Below are positions 28,962 to 40,924 of a stretch of 64,000 bases of DNA, one piece after another; the first letter of the stretch is position 1, and each line of letters starts with the position of its first letter. The notes under the pieces are model-generated. The model made no database searches. It worked only from the letters and a program-made list of their open reading frames with translations, and was not told the DNA's origin. The stretch is from Octopus sinensis (Eukaryota). Both the position numbers and the translations under genes were made by a program. The DNA lies in assembly GCF_006345805.1 (NCBI RefSeq), contig NW_021830456.1:1-64000 (forward strand), read 5' to 3'.

Positions 28962-28970
28962 TTATCAAGC
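28250..28970. repeat. (CATA)n/(CA)n/(TCTA)n low-complexity tract
   Basis: Direct inspection. Confidence 0.9.
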
Positions 28971-29114
28971 TGTCTGTCAGTCTATCGGTCTGTCTCTGTC
29001 TGTTCATTTCTATTTCATTCTGCGTTACTCTCTTAAAACGTTCGGTAATTTTGCAAGTTGTTTAGTCATAGATTTTCAACACACATACATACACATGCGT
29101 ACATACTTACATAC

Positions 29115-29731
29115 AGAACTTTCCAGAGGTTTATCATTTAAATGTATAAGAGCATGTCTAGATATGCAACTATAGACATAAGAATACATACATAAAGCAA
29201 AACATGCAAATCTGCACATACACATACATAAAAACATTCATACATCCATACATACTTACACACATACATACGTACATACTGACATACATACATACATACA
29301 TACATACATACATACATACAAACAGAAATACCGTGTTGTTGACATTCCAAGGTGCCTAGGATCTAGGTTAGAAACCGGCTCTTTCTCTATTGGCCAGAAA
29401 TCTTGAAATAAAACTGAATAATGACATATATACATACATACAGAACTTTCCCAGAAATTTATCATTTATATATATGAGCATGTCTAGATATGCAACTACA
29501 TGCATGGAAATTCATGCATAAAGCAAAATATACAAATCTGCACATATGCATACATACATACATAGTTGTTGACGCTGAAATTCCAATGAAGGAAGAACCT
29601 TGGATTTAGGTTAGAAACCGGTTCTTTCTCTATTGGCAAGAAATCTTGAAATCAAACTGAACAATGACATACATACATACATACATACATACATACATAC
29701 ATACATACATACATACATACATACATACATA
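29115..29731 (+). mobile_element. Two head-to-tail ~325-bp units, probably 3' ends of a (CATA)n-tailed non-LTR element
   Basis: Units begin CAGAACTTTCC(C)AGA at ~29114 and 29441; both contain GAGCATGTCTAGATATGCAACTA and TAGGTTAGAAACCGG.TCTTTCTCTATTGGC.AGAAATCTTGAAAT.AAACTGAA.AATGACATA followed by CATA repeats. Confidence 0.75.
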
Positions 29732-30880
29732 CAGATAAATAAAAACCCGTGTGAAACCTATATACATTCTACATATCTCCCACCAAGGTCTCTCTGCCTC
29801 TGCCTCTGTCCTCTCTCACTTTCTCTCCCTTCTTCTCTTTCTCTTTCTTCTCTTTCTCTCTCTTCCACATATCTTATTCAGTTAATGGCTATAGTTCTTC
29901 GGGTGTTGTCTTGTTATGGCACCACAAGAAATTTGAAACTACAAGAATACCACCCGTAATTGTCCTCGGGGGTATTGGTACTTGGAACAGAATAAATACC
30001 ACAAGGCATTTTCTTCGAGCTCTCTAAAACTTCTGCAAATTTGCCTCTCATTTTCGTTTCTTCAACCTCTTACAAACCTTTACTTAATCTGTCGCACTGC
30101 TAGAAATAGAAGTCAAATCGTCTTCATATCATACTCGAATGTTTGGATACAGGATAAAGAATTGAATAACATTATCCGGAATCCACTTTGTCTGGAAAAC
30201 AAATATGATCAAGTGGTCACGGTTGGATTCTGTTTTATCCTGAGACTGCTGAATCAGAGCTGCGGTTTGACTAAAAACGATCACCACCAAGAGCACCGCC
30301 TAAACCGCCGCCACCGGCACCACCCCAACCACCACCACCACCAACACCACCACCACCAGCAACAACAATAACAAAATATGATTTGCTCTTTCTCATCTAA
30401 CTGAAGCTGATCGACTTGCAATAAATTAAGACACAAATGCCCTTCATACGACACGCTATGGGGGTTAGCAAATCGATGCACGAAGCCCATGAAAATGAAG
30501 ATACATCTTAAGGTGTAATATTCCTGAAATAGTAGAGGGCATGGCTACGGGTGGATTACATCTGGTCACGGAGCTGCTCCGTTACGGTCTTCCCATGGAG
30601 TAAAAAAAAAACATATATCTAAGCATGTCTAAAAACGAAGAAATGTATATTTTACCGATTCCTTCACAGTTCTGCAAGGAAATTTGTTCCTTTTAGTAGA
30701 ACGATATAGTAGAATGCGCATTGTTTTTTTTTTGGTTCTTTTTTTTCGGGGGGTGGGGATCGTAGTTTCGCGTTTTAAAGTCATTTGCCGAATAATTACA
30801 TATGTGCATGTATGTATGTGTTTAAGTTTGTAAGCATGTATCCATGTATGTGTGTATGTATATGTATGTGTGTGTGTATG

Positions 30881-30912
<32 letters not shown>

Positions 30913-31111
30913 ATATGTATATATATGTGTAATATATATATATATATATAATATATATATATATATATGTATATATATGTATATATATATACACACATAC
31001 ACACACACATATATGTATATGATATAAACATATATATGTTTGTCTGGTTACGCACATGCTCGTGTACTTATACACAAATATATATACTGATTATACATAT
31101 ATATATATATA

Positions 31112-31146
<35 letters not shown>

Positions 31147-31764
31147 TCCCTCAACTCATTACAATGTCGTTGCTTATACGCTTATATAGCAACACCCTTT
31201 AATATATGCCAAAGTTTACTTTGAAGTTAAAATTTTTTTTTTAGTTTGTTCTATATTCTGCATGAAATAAAATGAAATTTAAAAGAGGAACAGATATCAT
31301 GAAACAAATACAAAAACATAAAACAATAATGATACAAAATAAATATACAAAAAAAATAATGGAACTAACGAGAAATCCAGTGAGATAAGAATGATTTGGA
31401 AAGAGAATAAAATATAATGCGAATTACAAAAAAAATTATAACGAAAACAAAGTAATCTGCTGATGTAGGAAGAAATGGAACGGTTAAAATGGAATTTGTT
31501 TGGCATTCTATCGAAGAGTATTACTCCAAGACACAGTGGTATGCACCAAAATGCTTATAGATTATTGTATAGCGGAAGGTGATTTAGGAAACTACAAAGA
31601 CTTATATTCAGAGATTAAAGGATTCCAGGTTGCAGCATATTTTGAAACGAACCATGTCTATTTTTAAAACATGAATGCTCGCACGCATGCATATATATTA
31701 TATTACATACTTATGTGTATATGTACATATGTAAAAGCACACACTGTATGCGTACTGTTACATA

Positions 31765-31813
<49 letters not shown>

Positions 31814-31925
31814 ACACACACACACAGGTATACGTCCGTGTGCACCATATACGCGTACATACATATACATGTATATAGTTAGATAAATACATTAGTGCAC
31901 ATAACTTTGTGTGCACGCGTCGATG

Positions 31926-31987
<62 letters not shown>

Positions 31988-32009
31988 GATAGATAGATAG
32001 ATAGATAGA

Positions 32010-32083
<74 letters not shown>

Positions 32084-32582
32084 GAGATAGACTGACTGAA
32101 TGATTGAATGATCGATTGATAGGTAGATAGATATTTACCGTGATCGTCGCGTAACCATAAGTATGCAGGCTTACATAGACACACACAAGCACATATACAT
32201 ACCTATGTATATATATATATATATATATACATATATATATGCGTATGCATATATATATATATATATGCGTATATATATGTATACTCATACACACATACAT
32301 ACATACATACATACATATATACATACATACATGAATATATACATACATGCATGCATACATACATGTATACATACATACATACATACATAAATACATATGT
32401 AGGACATAACCATACCACACACACTTCCATTATATCATGAATTAGATGTTAGCTTCCGTCCCTTCTTTCATTCTTTTATTTTTGCATCGCAAACCCAAAT
32501 AATAGCAACCATCTTTTGATGAAAAATATCTCGCTAACTCTAATTATGGGATGTCCTGTGGAATCATAAATGCATTTTTGCT

Positions 32583-33032
32583 TTAGATTACCTGCGTTTT
32601 ATGTCGTTTTGATTCTTCTGTTTGGTGGATATTTTTTATTTTGTCGATGAGAGTGGTGGTTATTAAGTTCATGTCGACAGCATATCTAAAGTCTGTTGGG
32701 TGAAACGGGCATGAAAGAGAATCAGAACTTTGAAGCTTGTGCGTTCTTTTATTACAAAACGCAGGAAGATTTTTGTAATGTGTGGGAAATAGCATACAAC
32801 CTTGTTGCACTCCAATGACTGATTCAGACAACTCTCCCATCTGACAAACCATGGACGCTGCACAGCTAACATCATCTTCGATACGCTTTTCCCTACAAAT
32901 ACGATTGAAGGCAGCTTTAAAGTTGACGAAGTTCAATTGTAAGTGTACCAGATATTCACTTGCTTTTTCAATTATCTGACTTTTAGAATAACATATACAT
33001 GTTTCTTCGAAAAGAGAATTGGAGAAACACAT
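32583..33032 (-). pseudogene. RTE-like LINE reverse transcriptase fragment
   Basis: ORF QIIEKASEYLVHLQLNFVNFKAAFNRI..GVQQGCMLFPT..DFRYAVDMNLI matches RT motifs (QI.EK..EY...L...F.DF.KAFD; GV.QG..LSP; LRYADD), degenerate. Confidence 0.85.
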
Positions 33033-33184
33033 TTGAAAGAAAAGCTATTCATATAACGCACATCCTTAGAGACAGAAATAGCCCAATCGTAGCTACGTAA
33101 TAATTAAGAGCCTTGTAGTTCGCTGGAAGCGTTGTCGTATTGAAGAAGGAAACGAAATGGGAAAATAAGAAAGCTTTTAACAAT

Positions 33185-33404
33185 ACTCTTTTACTTGTTC
33201 CAGTCATTTGACTTCGGCCATGCTGGAGCATCGCCTTTAGTCGAGCAAATCGACCCCAGGAATTATTCTTTGTAAGCCTAGTACTTATTCCATCGGTCTT
33301 TCTTGCCGAACCGCTAAGTTACGGGGACGTAGACACGCCAGTATCAATTGTCAATCGATGTTGGGGGGACAAACACACACACACACACACAAACACCATA
33401 TATA

Positions 33405-33471
<67 letters not shown>

Positions 33472-33639
33472 GCATATATACGACGGGTTTCTTTCTGTTT
33501 CCGCCTACCAAATACACTCACAAGGCTTTGGTCGGCCCGATGCTATAGTAGAAGACATTTGTCCAAGGTGCCACTGCGGGATTGAACCCGGAAACATGTG
33601 GTAGATAAGCAAGCTACTTACCACATAGCCACTCCTGCA
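33185..33639 (-). mobile_element. SINE family C, full length
   Basis: Reverse complement of 25330-25725 including head, CORE-like segment, (TA)n and tail. Confidence 0.85.
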
Positions 33640-33899
33640 GAAATTCCTACAAAGACGTATATTTTAAGCACAAAAGTCCATCCTCAGAAGGAAGGAGTCT
33701 AGAAATTTCCAGTTACACCGATTGCGCTACCTTAAACTCCTCAGCGTTATATTAGCAGCAATAACAGCCACTCTCCAACTGTTGGTGTAAACACACTTTC
33801 AACTGCTAGTGTAGGCAAATCACTGACTGATAGTTGATAGCAACAGCTGAGAATGACAGCTCCTTTTAAATATGGAAATATTTATAAGAGATATTGAAT

Positions 33900-34040
33900 A
33901 TCAAGTGTCGAAGTGATCGCGGTGCAAAGTGAGATGAACTGTTTTGCTCGAGAACATAAAGCTCCACTGGTCAGGAATTGAAACCGTGATCTCAATATCA
34001 TGACTGCAATACCCTAACTACTGAATCATGCACCCTCACG
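33900..34040 (-). mobile_element. tRNA-headed SINE fragment (minor family)
   Basis: Minus strand GGGTGCATGATTCAGTAGTTAGGGTATTGCAGTCATGAT..GATCACGGTTTCAATTCCTGACC (A/B-box-like); similar head on + at ~11580-11660. Confidence 0.55.
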
Positions 34041-34540
34041 GAGACAATAAACAAGAAAGAGCATAATGCATACACATTAGTTATTTAGTTATTTAATCAA
34101 ATACTAAAACAAACATCTGATTAAAATTGCTCTAGACGCCAAAGTTTCGCTGGTCTAATACTTTTTGTTACAAGAGAAAAGGAGAACAATTATCCTGCAA
34201 TATGTTCGATAACCGTAGTAGATTCGAAGAATATAAATTCCGAAGGATGAGACAGAACGTGGTGCTGTTTTCTGATGATTGACGGAAAGAAACAATCAAC
34301 AATTACATCAAGTAGCTTATTTGATTTCTCACCTAATAATTATCTCATAATTGCTAACAATACACAGCGATCAATACCTGATCGAAGTGGTTCAATATTG
34401 TTCGATTTGTGTTATATAATACATACAATGCTTTATCATTTCTTTATACGTTAATGGTTTACTGCGTGAGTGTTTGATAAAGCAGCGAAATAGTCTGAGT
34501 AGAACAATCCAAATATGAACGCAGCACAATCCAAATATCG

Positions 34541-34570
34541 TACTCGTATATATTTAAATATATACGAGTA
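34541..34570. repeat. Perfect 30-bp palindrome
   Basis: TACTCGTATATATTTAAATATATACGAGTA equals its own reverse complement. Confidence 0.95.
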
Positions 34571-34694
34571 TAATCGAAGTTGTACCAGTAGATACCAAGG
34601 TGGATTTTGAATTTAATGTAATTACCCACAGTCACCCGCACATGTGTATGTATATATACATATATGTGTGTGGGGGGGTGTAATATTTGTCTCC

Positions 34695-35010
34695 CAATTT
34701 GTTAGAAGGCCTGTAGTTTTTGTTGTGTGGTGGGGTAAGTCAATGATATCGACCGCAGGGCTAAGCTGGTACTTAGTTTTATCAACACCGAAAGGATGAA
34801 AGACAAAGTCGACCTCAGCAGAATTTGATCTCAGAACGTAAGGACGGACGAAATACTGCTAAGCATTTCCCCTGCAAGCTCCCCGCCCCACATGAGTGTA
34901 ATATTAGTAGATACTCAAGGTAGCGGGCTGGCAGAAACATTAGTACGCCGGGCGAAATGCATAGCGATATCTTGTCTGTCTTTACGTTCTGAGTTCAAAT
35001 TCCGCTAGTA
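34695..35010. mobile_element. Head-to-head inverted pair of SINE family B copies
   Basis: Minus copy ~34695-34890 and plus head ~34917-35010. Confidence 0.75.
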
Positions 35011-36648
35011 TTTGAACTAGTAAGTGAGAAACACATGCCAGTACACTGATAATCAACTGAGTGTGTTTGTATGTATGTGTGTATGTGCGTATGTGTGTGT
35101 CTGTGTCTCTGTGTGTGCACGCGCATGCTAAAAATGTTACTAAAAGTTTTCACACAGATCCCTGCTTCTACAGCTTCTGACTATCTCTTTCACAAATAGC
35201 TTGCTACCTCTTTCACTAATAGCCACAACGGCTACTGCCGCTGCTGCTTCTGCTTCTGCTTCAATACTACTACTACTACTACTACTACTACTACAACCCT
35301 GTACCAGTTAGAAGAACCCAAATCAGCAATACTATGTGTGTCTTTACGAAACATATATGACCTTGTAGAGCTGATATTCGGAAATATTAATTTTACTTGA
35401 TTTAAATCGATGTATTTTCCTGTTATTTCTGCATAAATAGCTGTCTTTTCATAACGTCTGAAACCGGTAGCTTATTTAAATAAAAATATACATGATTCCT
35501 TACACTTGCTTTTCCACGATAAAATTCGCTTAGAATTTTCTTTTAATTTTAATGACACAAAGATAGGTAGAGCAACGTCAGTATCTGAACGTCTTGGTAA
35601 ACGAGGAGATTGAAGACCATCAGCAAGAAAGTATGAGCTGCAGTTATACTCGTCTATTGTTATACAAACAGCCATCTACATCTATAAAAACCTAAAGGAA
35701 GACAACGAAGATGTCTTATTTGCTGGACATGTTTCATTGGTGCTGTCTGAGAATCTCTTACTAGGAGAGCGTGAGAAATGAAGAGTCGATAATAAAAACT
35801 GTCAAGGGAAGTTTGCAGGACGCGGTGACTAAAGGGCGGATATGGTTTACTGTTTGTGTACTTCGATTACTGCATGAGAGACATGCTACCATCATGGTGA
35901 AGAAGACCATGGAAGACATGGCGTACAACGTCGCGGAACGCGAAATTATTTCCCACGAGAGTTCCGGACAGCAGTAATAATTCCATTTGCATACAGCCAA
36001 TCAGAGCTCACCTTGATCTTGTCAAGTTAACAAACACATTCTAGCAAGTAAATGGAAGACGAAGAACGGTGTTGTAAGTCGACTGATCGCCAAGTTATGC
36101 CTGATTTTAGAAGGAGACAAGTAATGAGATAGATTTGCATCTATACCTATTATCGTATATTGTTAGGGGCCCATATGGTAAACATATGGATGGAAAAAAT
36201 ATGGGTTGAGGATACTGTTTTACAAAGTAAACAACAACACAAATAACTACGCTGAGACAGCCATGGTGGAACCAATAACAAAAACAACAAGCATTATTAA
36301 AACAGAAAAGAAACATTCCTTATCCAAGTGACCTTATCTTATCCCCCATCATTTATTATGCGCTCATGAATTAGTTTGATAGTTGAACTCTGATAGGCTG
36401 TATGCAAATGAGTTCATAACTGAGGCCCGGAACGCTTGAAGGAAAAAAATTTCGCGGTGCTGCATGATAGCGATGGGAGCTGGCCTGAGTAGAGTTAATA
36501 GGAAAGCGAAGAAACAAGATGCTTGGGAAGGGCCTGCTACCCGTCGTGGCGACAACACTGGAAGATCTAAGAGCTAAGAGCTAAGATGTGTGTGTGTGTG
36601 TGAATGTATGTATATTTACACATATATACACATATATATGTAAGTATT

Positions 36649-37031
36649 TGGAAGCACTCCGTCGGTTACGACGAAGAGGGTTCCGGTTGATCCGATCAAC
36701 GGAACAGCCTGCTCGTGAAATTAACGTGCAAGTGGCTGAGCACTCCACAGACACGTGTACCCTTAACGTAGTTCTCGGGGATATTCAGCGTGACACAGAG
36801 AGTGACAAGGCCGGCCCTTTGAAATACAGGTACAACAGAAACAGGAATTAAGAGTGAGAGAAAGTTGTGGTGAAAGAGTACAGCAGGGATCACCACCGTC
36901 CCCTGCCGGAGCCTCGTGGAGCTTTAGGTGTTTTCGCTCAATAAACACTCACAACGCCCGGTCTGGGAATCGAAACCGCGATCCTATGACCGCGAGTCCG
37001 CTGCCCTAACCACTGGGCCATTGCGCCTCCA
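36649..37031 (-). mobile_element. tRNA-derived SINE family A, full length with TSD
   Basis: A box TGGCCCAGTGG and B box GGTTTCGATTCC; 3' hairpin GTTGATC-G-GATCAAC; 10-bp direct repeat ATGTAAGTAT at 36638-36647 and 37033-37042. Confidence 0.92.
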
Positions 37032-37318
37032 CATGTAAGTATCTATAGTGAATGTCAATGTGTATGTATATGAAATTGGTCTGTTTATATTTATGTGTGT
37101 ATATTCGTATGCTGCTATTGTTATGCAAATGCACATGTGTCTAGGCATCACTGTCGTCTCTAGCTGTGTCGATGAACTTTCTGTTTGCGAATCGTGTCAC
37201 ACAGTGCACCTTTTAGAGCCCTACAGACGAACACACACAAAAGCATACCTGACAGTTTATCGATAAGTTCTGGCTAATCCATGCAAAATTATTAAATATT
37301 GCTTCGTTTATTTAATTA

Positions 37319-37706
37319 CTAGCAGTATCGCCCGGCGTTGCTCAGGTTTGTAAGGGAAATAACTATAAAGCATTTTTAGAGAGTTATAGCCCAAAAATAG
37401 CAAAAAAATGGAAAAAAAATTATGGTAAATTTTTTTTGAGAGTTAAAAAAGGTCGAGTTGCGTCCCCTAGTCAGTCTGTGGTTTGTGTTTCTGATTCTCG
37501 ACCCCATGTCGAATTTATCGATTTTTTTCAGAACTGGGGGAACTTTTCAAAATTTTCGCTGCCTTAGTTTTGAATTATGACATTGGGCTATGTGTGTGTC
37601 AAGTTTCATCAGAATCGGTTGAAAGCAGTGGTCAGGGTGAGGGTACAACCCGACAGACACACAGAAACACACACAGACAAACTGCCGTTTATATATAGAG
37701 AGAAGA
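37319..37706 (-). mobile_element. Non-autonomous Helitron
   Basis: Minus strand: 5' A|TCTTCTCTCTATATATAAAC.., internal (GT/CT) microsatellite, subterminal hairpin CCTGAGCAACGCCGGG, 3' CTAG|T; inserted in an AT dinucleotide without TSD. Confidence 0.85.
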
Positions 37707-37947
37707 TTTCTAAAATTCATTTCAATTTCTACTCGCATATACGCGCAAAATTAATCATACACATACGTTTAAAATACATGTACACGCATACATATAAACA
37801 CAATGATTTATACATAAAAGAACGTACGGATATACACGTTCACAACCTTTAACAAAGAATTTACTATAGTGCAAATATATATTAAATTGCTTGCGTACAA
37901 ACATTATATAATGTTTTAGCGATGCATTTCTGTACAAAAATATATTC

Positions 37948-38342
37948 TTTTCTACTCTAGGAACAAGGTCCGAAGTTTTGGGGAACGGAGCCAGTCGTTT
38001 AAATCGACCTCAGTACGCAACTGGTACTTAATTTATCGACCCTGAAAGGATGAAAGGCAAAGTCGACCTCGGCGGAATTTAAACTCAGAACATAAGACAG
38101 ATGAAATGCCTATTTCTTTACTACCCACAAGGGGCTAAACACAGAGAGGACAAACAAGGACAGACAAAGGGATTAAGCCGATTACATCGACCCCAGTGCG
38201 TAACTGATACTTAATTTATCGACACTGAAAGGATGAAAGGCAAAGTCGACCGCGGCGGAATTTGAACTCTGAATACAAAGACAGACGAAATACCACTAAG
38301 CATTTCGCCCGACGTGCTAACGTTTCTGCCAGCTCGCCGCCT
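37948..38342 (-). mobile_element. SINE family B, dimeric (head-core-linker-core-tail) with 17-bp TSD
   Basis: TGTACAAAAATATATTC at 37931-37947 and 38343-38359 brackets the whole unit; two cores inside. Confidence 0.92.
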
Positions 38343-38559
38343 TGTACAAAAATATATTCACTATCGCACATATTGTGTTCAAGACAGGCTCAGGTATGGG
38401 GTATTCACCGTTGCAGTGTATCGTTGCTTCCACCATTTGTCATTATCGGATCGGATTATCTCGTGCAATCCTCCGATCAGTATTTTGACTGTGCTTATCA
38501 CCATGAAATAATTTCTGATCTACTATCATCAGGAAGCATGTAACTGACCAACACGAGCA

Positions 38560-38694
38560 AAAGAGCAAAAGAGACCGAGAGAATAAGTACCAGGCTTACA
38601 AAGAATAAGCCATGGGCTCGATTTGCTCGACTAAAGGCGGTGCTCCAGCATGGCCGCAGTCAAATGACTGAAACAAGTAAAAGAGTAAAAAAGA

Positions 38695-38695
<1 letters not shown>
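38560..38695 (+). mobile_element. SINE family C 3' tail fragment
   Basis: AATAAGTACCAGGCTTACAAAGAATAAG..CTAAAGGCGGTGCTCCAGCATGGCCGCAGTCAAATGACTGAAACAAGTAAAAGAG. Confidence 0.85.
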
Positions 38696-38731
<36 letters not shown>

Positions 38732-38736
<5 letters not shown>

Positions 38737-39329
38737 CCTTCGGTATGCGGCGAAGCAACCTGTTGCCTGTCCTTTTAATTATATTTACTATATACTGAAC
38801 TCTACAGAAGTTCCTGACGATAAAAGTCATATTTACATACCGAAATTTACCGGTAAATAAATTTTGGTTGTACAAAAAACCACGGAAAAATTATTTACCC
38901 TTTTATTGCATTACCATGTGGATTTCTTACCCCATTGCGATCACCCAGGTGGCGCGCATAGCAGAATTTTGGAGGGAAAATTTACGGTCTCAGTCATTTA
39001 CTTAGTTTTAACATCTGCACACCTCCCCCCACTATCTGATGTCGCTTGGTCAGAGGTGAAGGCTGGTGGCATTTGATAAATCTATCGAATATGATGTTGA
39101 CGAAGGAAATTAGGCGATTTTTAGCCTACAATCTAGAAACATGTTCATCATTAACGGTAAGAGATTGTTTTCGTTTATTTACTACTCCGATTTTGCATAT
39201 GTGAATCGCAGGGTTTGTCGTATATGGAACCTCCACTTGTAGAAAATGGAAAAAAAAATTATCTTTGACTGCCATTACTAATTCCTTCGGTATGCGGCGA
39301 AGCAACCTGTTGCTTGCCCTTTTAATTAT
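38732..39329. mobile_element. ~600-bp element bounded by 51-bp direct repeats, inside (TA)n
   Basis: TAATTCCTTCGGTATGCGGCGAAGCAACCTGTTGC(C/T)TG(T/C)CCTTTTAATTAT at 38732-38782 and 39279-39329 (2 mismatches); (TA)n on both outer sides. Confidence 0.7.
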
Positions 39330-39330
39330 G

Positions 39331-39361
<31 letters not shown>

Positions 39362-39552
39362 GACAAGGTAGAAAATGCTAAAATAATTTTATTATAAAGA
39401 ACTTTGTAGTGCCGGTTCCAGGTTTTGAGACATTTTCAATTTAGAGTAAAACGTAGAAAACAATTAAATTTTAGAAAAATGCTTTAAAAAATATATTTTC
39501 ATAGTTTTCAAATACAAGGGACCTTTGCTTTTTCTCTGCCTGTCTCTCTCTC

Positions 39553-39609
<57 letters not shown>

Positions 39610-40003
39610 GGTCTGTTTCTTTTACTCTTGTGAAGGTTATATGTATTTATATATTACTCTTCTATGAGATGGTAAGATCAACGAAAGAAGTATTCCATCT
39701 TATGGTGAGAGAAATATTATTTAATAAACACAGTACATGTTTTTATCTGCTGGTATTAGTTTCAAGTGCTTGAGAACATGCTAAACAATGTTTCATAACA
39801 CGTCTGACATCTCGGCACAGACCTCAGGCACAGCCTACATGGTATAACATGTTCGTCATGCCATGTGACCTGTACCTCATGATTGTGTCTATATGTCAGC
39901 CATCATTGTTCAGCATGTTCTCTGCACATGAAACTAATACTAGCAAAGAAAGACATGTATTCTGTTTATTAAATAATATATTTAATATATTCATATACAT
40001 TTA

Positions 40004-40051
<48 letters not shown>

Positions 40052-40069
40052 CAGACGCTCATATTGAAT

Positions 40070-40832
40070 TGAATTAGCTTTAGCGCACGAGCTGTGGCCA
40101 TGCTGGGGCACCGCCATTTGGTGTTGCTACATAATTTTCACTTCAGTAGTACTTTTGCGAACTTGAAATTTGGTGCACGACGGAGTTTGGCGCTGCTACC
40201 TTCCTTTGCACTTCCTGCTGTGAAGTTTTTTCATCTGGGACTCTTGACAGTAAGGGAGCTGGTTTCATTTTAAAGACACATCCACTCCTTTGAGGTCTCT
40301 CAGGTACTTAAGGAGTATATCGATGTGCTGTGGGCCTTTAAAGCCCATGCTGTTGCAATATCTTGTCCTATAGTTTGACGGCAAATTTGGAGTCTATGTT
40401 CTAGGTTTAGTGTAACTCTTAATGCCAAAGTTATCAACTAGTCTCTCCAGGATCTTCCAGATGTATATTACGGCATAGCTTCCCCGCCTACGTTCCAGGG
40501 AATTGAGTCTCAATCTCTTAAGTCATTCTGCGTAGCTTATATGCTGCATAGGGCTCTATCTTCTTCGTCAAGATTCCTTGGATTGCCTCAAGATCTGCAT
40601 TTAATTTTACACTGGTTGGTGACCAAAGGTGGGAACAATAGTCAAAACGGCTGAGGTCAAGTGTCATCCAGAGGACCATCATGGTTTCCTGATCTCTCGT
40701 TTCAAAAGTTCTAAGAACCCATACGGTCAGCAGCCTGCATTTCATTGCCAACTTAACAACATGGAAGGATGCATCATTACTCATGTAAATGCCTAGGTCG
40801 CCCTGGGATTGCAATCCTTCCAGGTCCAGTGT
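40070..40832 (-). mobile_element. CR1/L2-like LINE, 3' end (RT C-terminus + 3' UTR)
   Basis: GDLGIYMSNDASF..WVLRTFETRDQETMMVLW..LSRFDYCSHLWSP..LEAIQ..TKKI..KRLRLNSLERRRGSYAVIYIWKILE..RTRYCNSMGFKGPQ; DLG, LDYCS.LWSP and L.L.SLE.RR motifs. Confidence 0.88.
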
Positions 40833-40924
40833 GTTTTTAATTGGTGTTGCATTCCGTTTTGCATACTGATAACGTAAGGGTTATAACTTTTCAGCATATA
40901 TATATATATATATATATATATGTA

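Noticed and set aside
29982-30371. 129-aa + ORF
   Set aside because: No homology; ends in (CAC) repeat
36960-37031. Apparent tRNA gene (also at 23620-23690 and 54595-54665)
   Set aside because: SINE heads: no 3' acceptor stem, continue into the SINE body, flanked by TSDs
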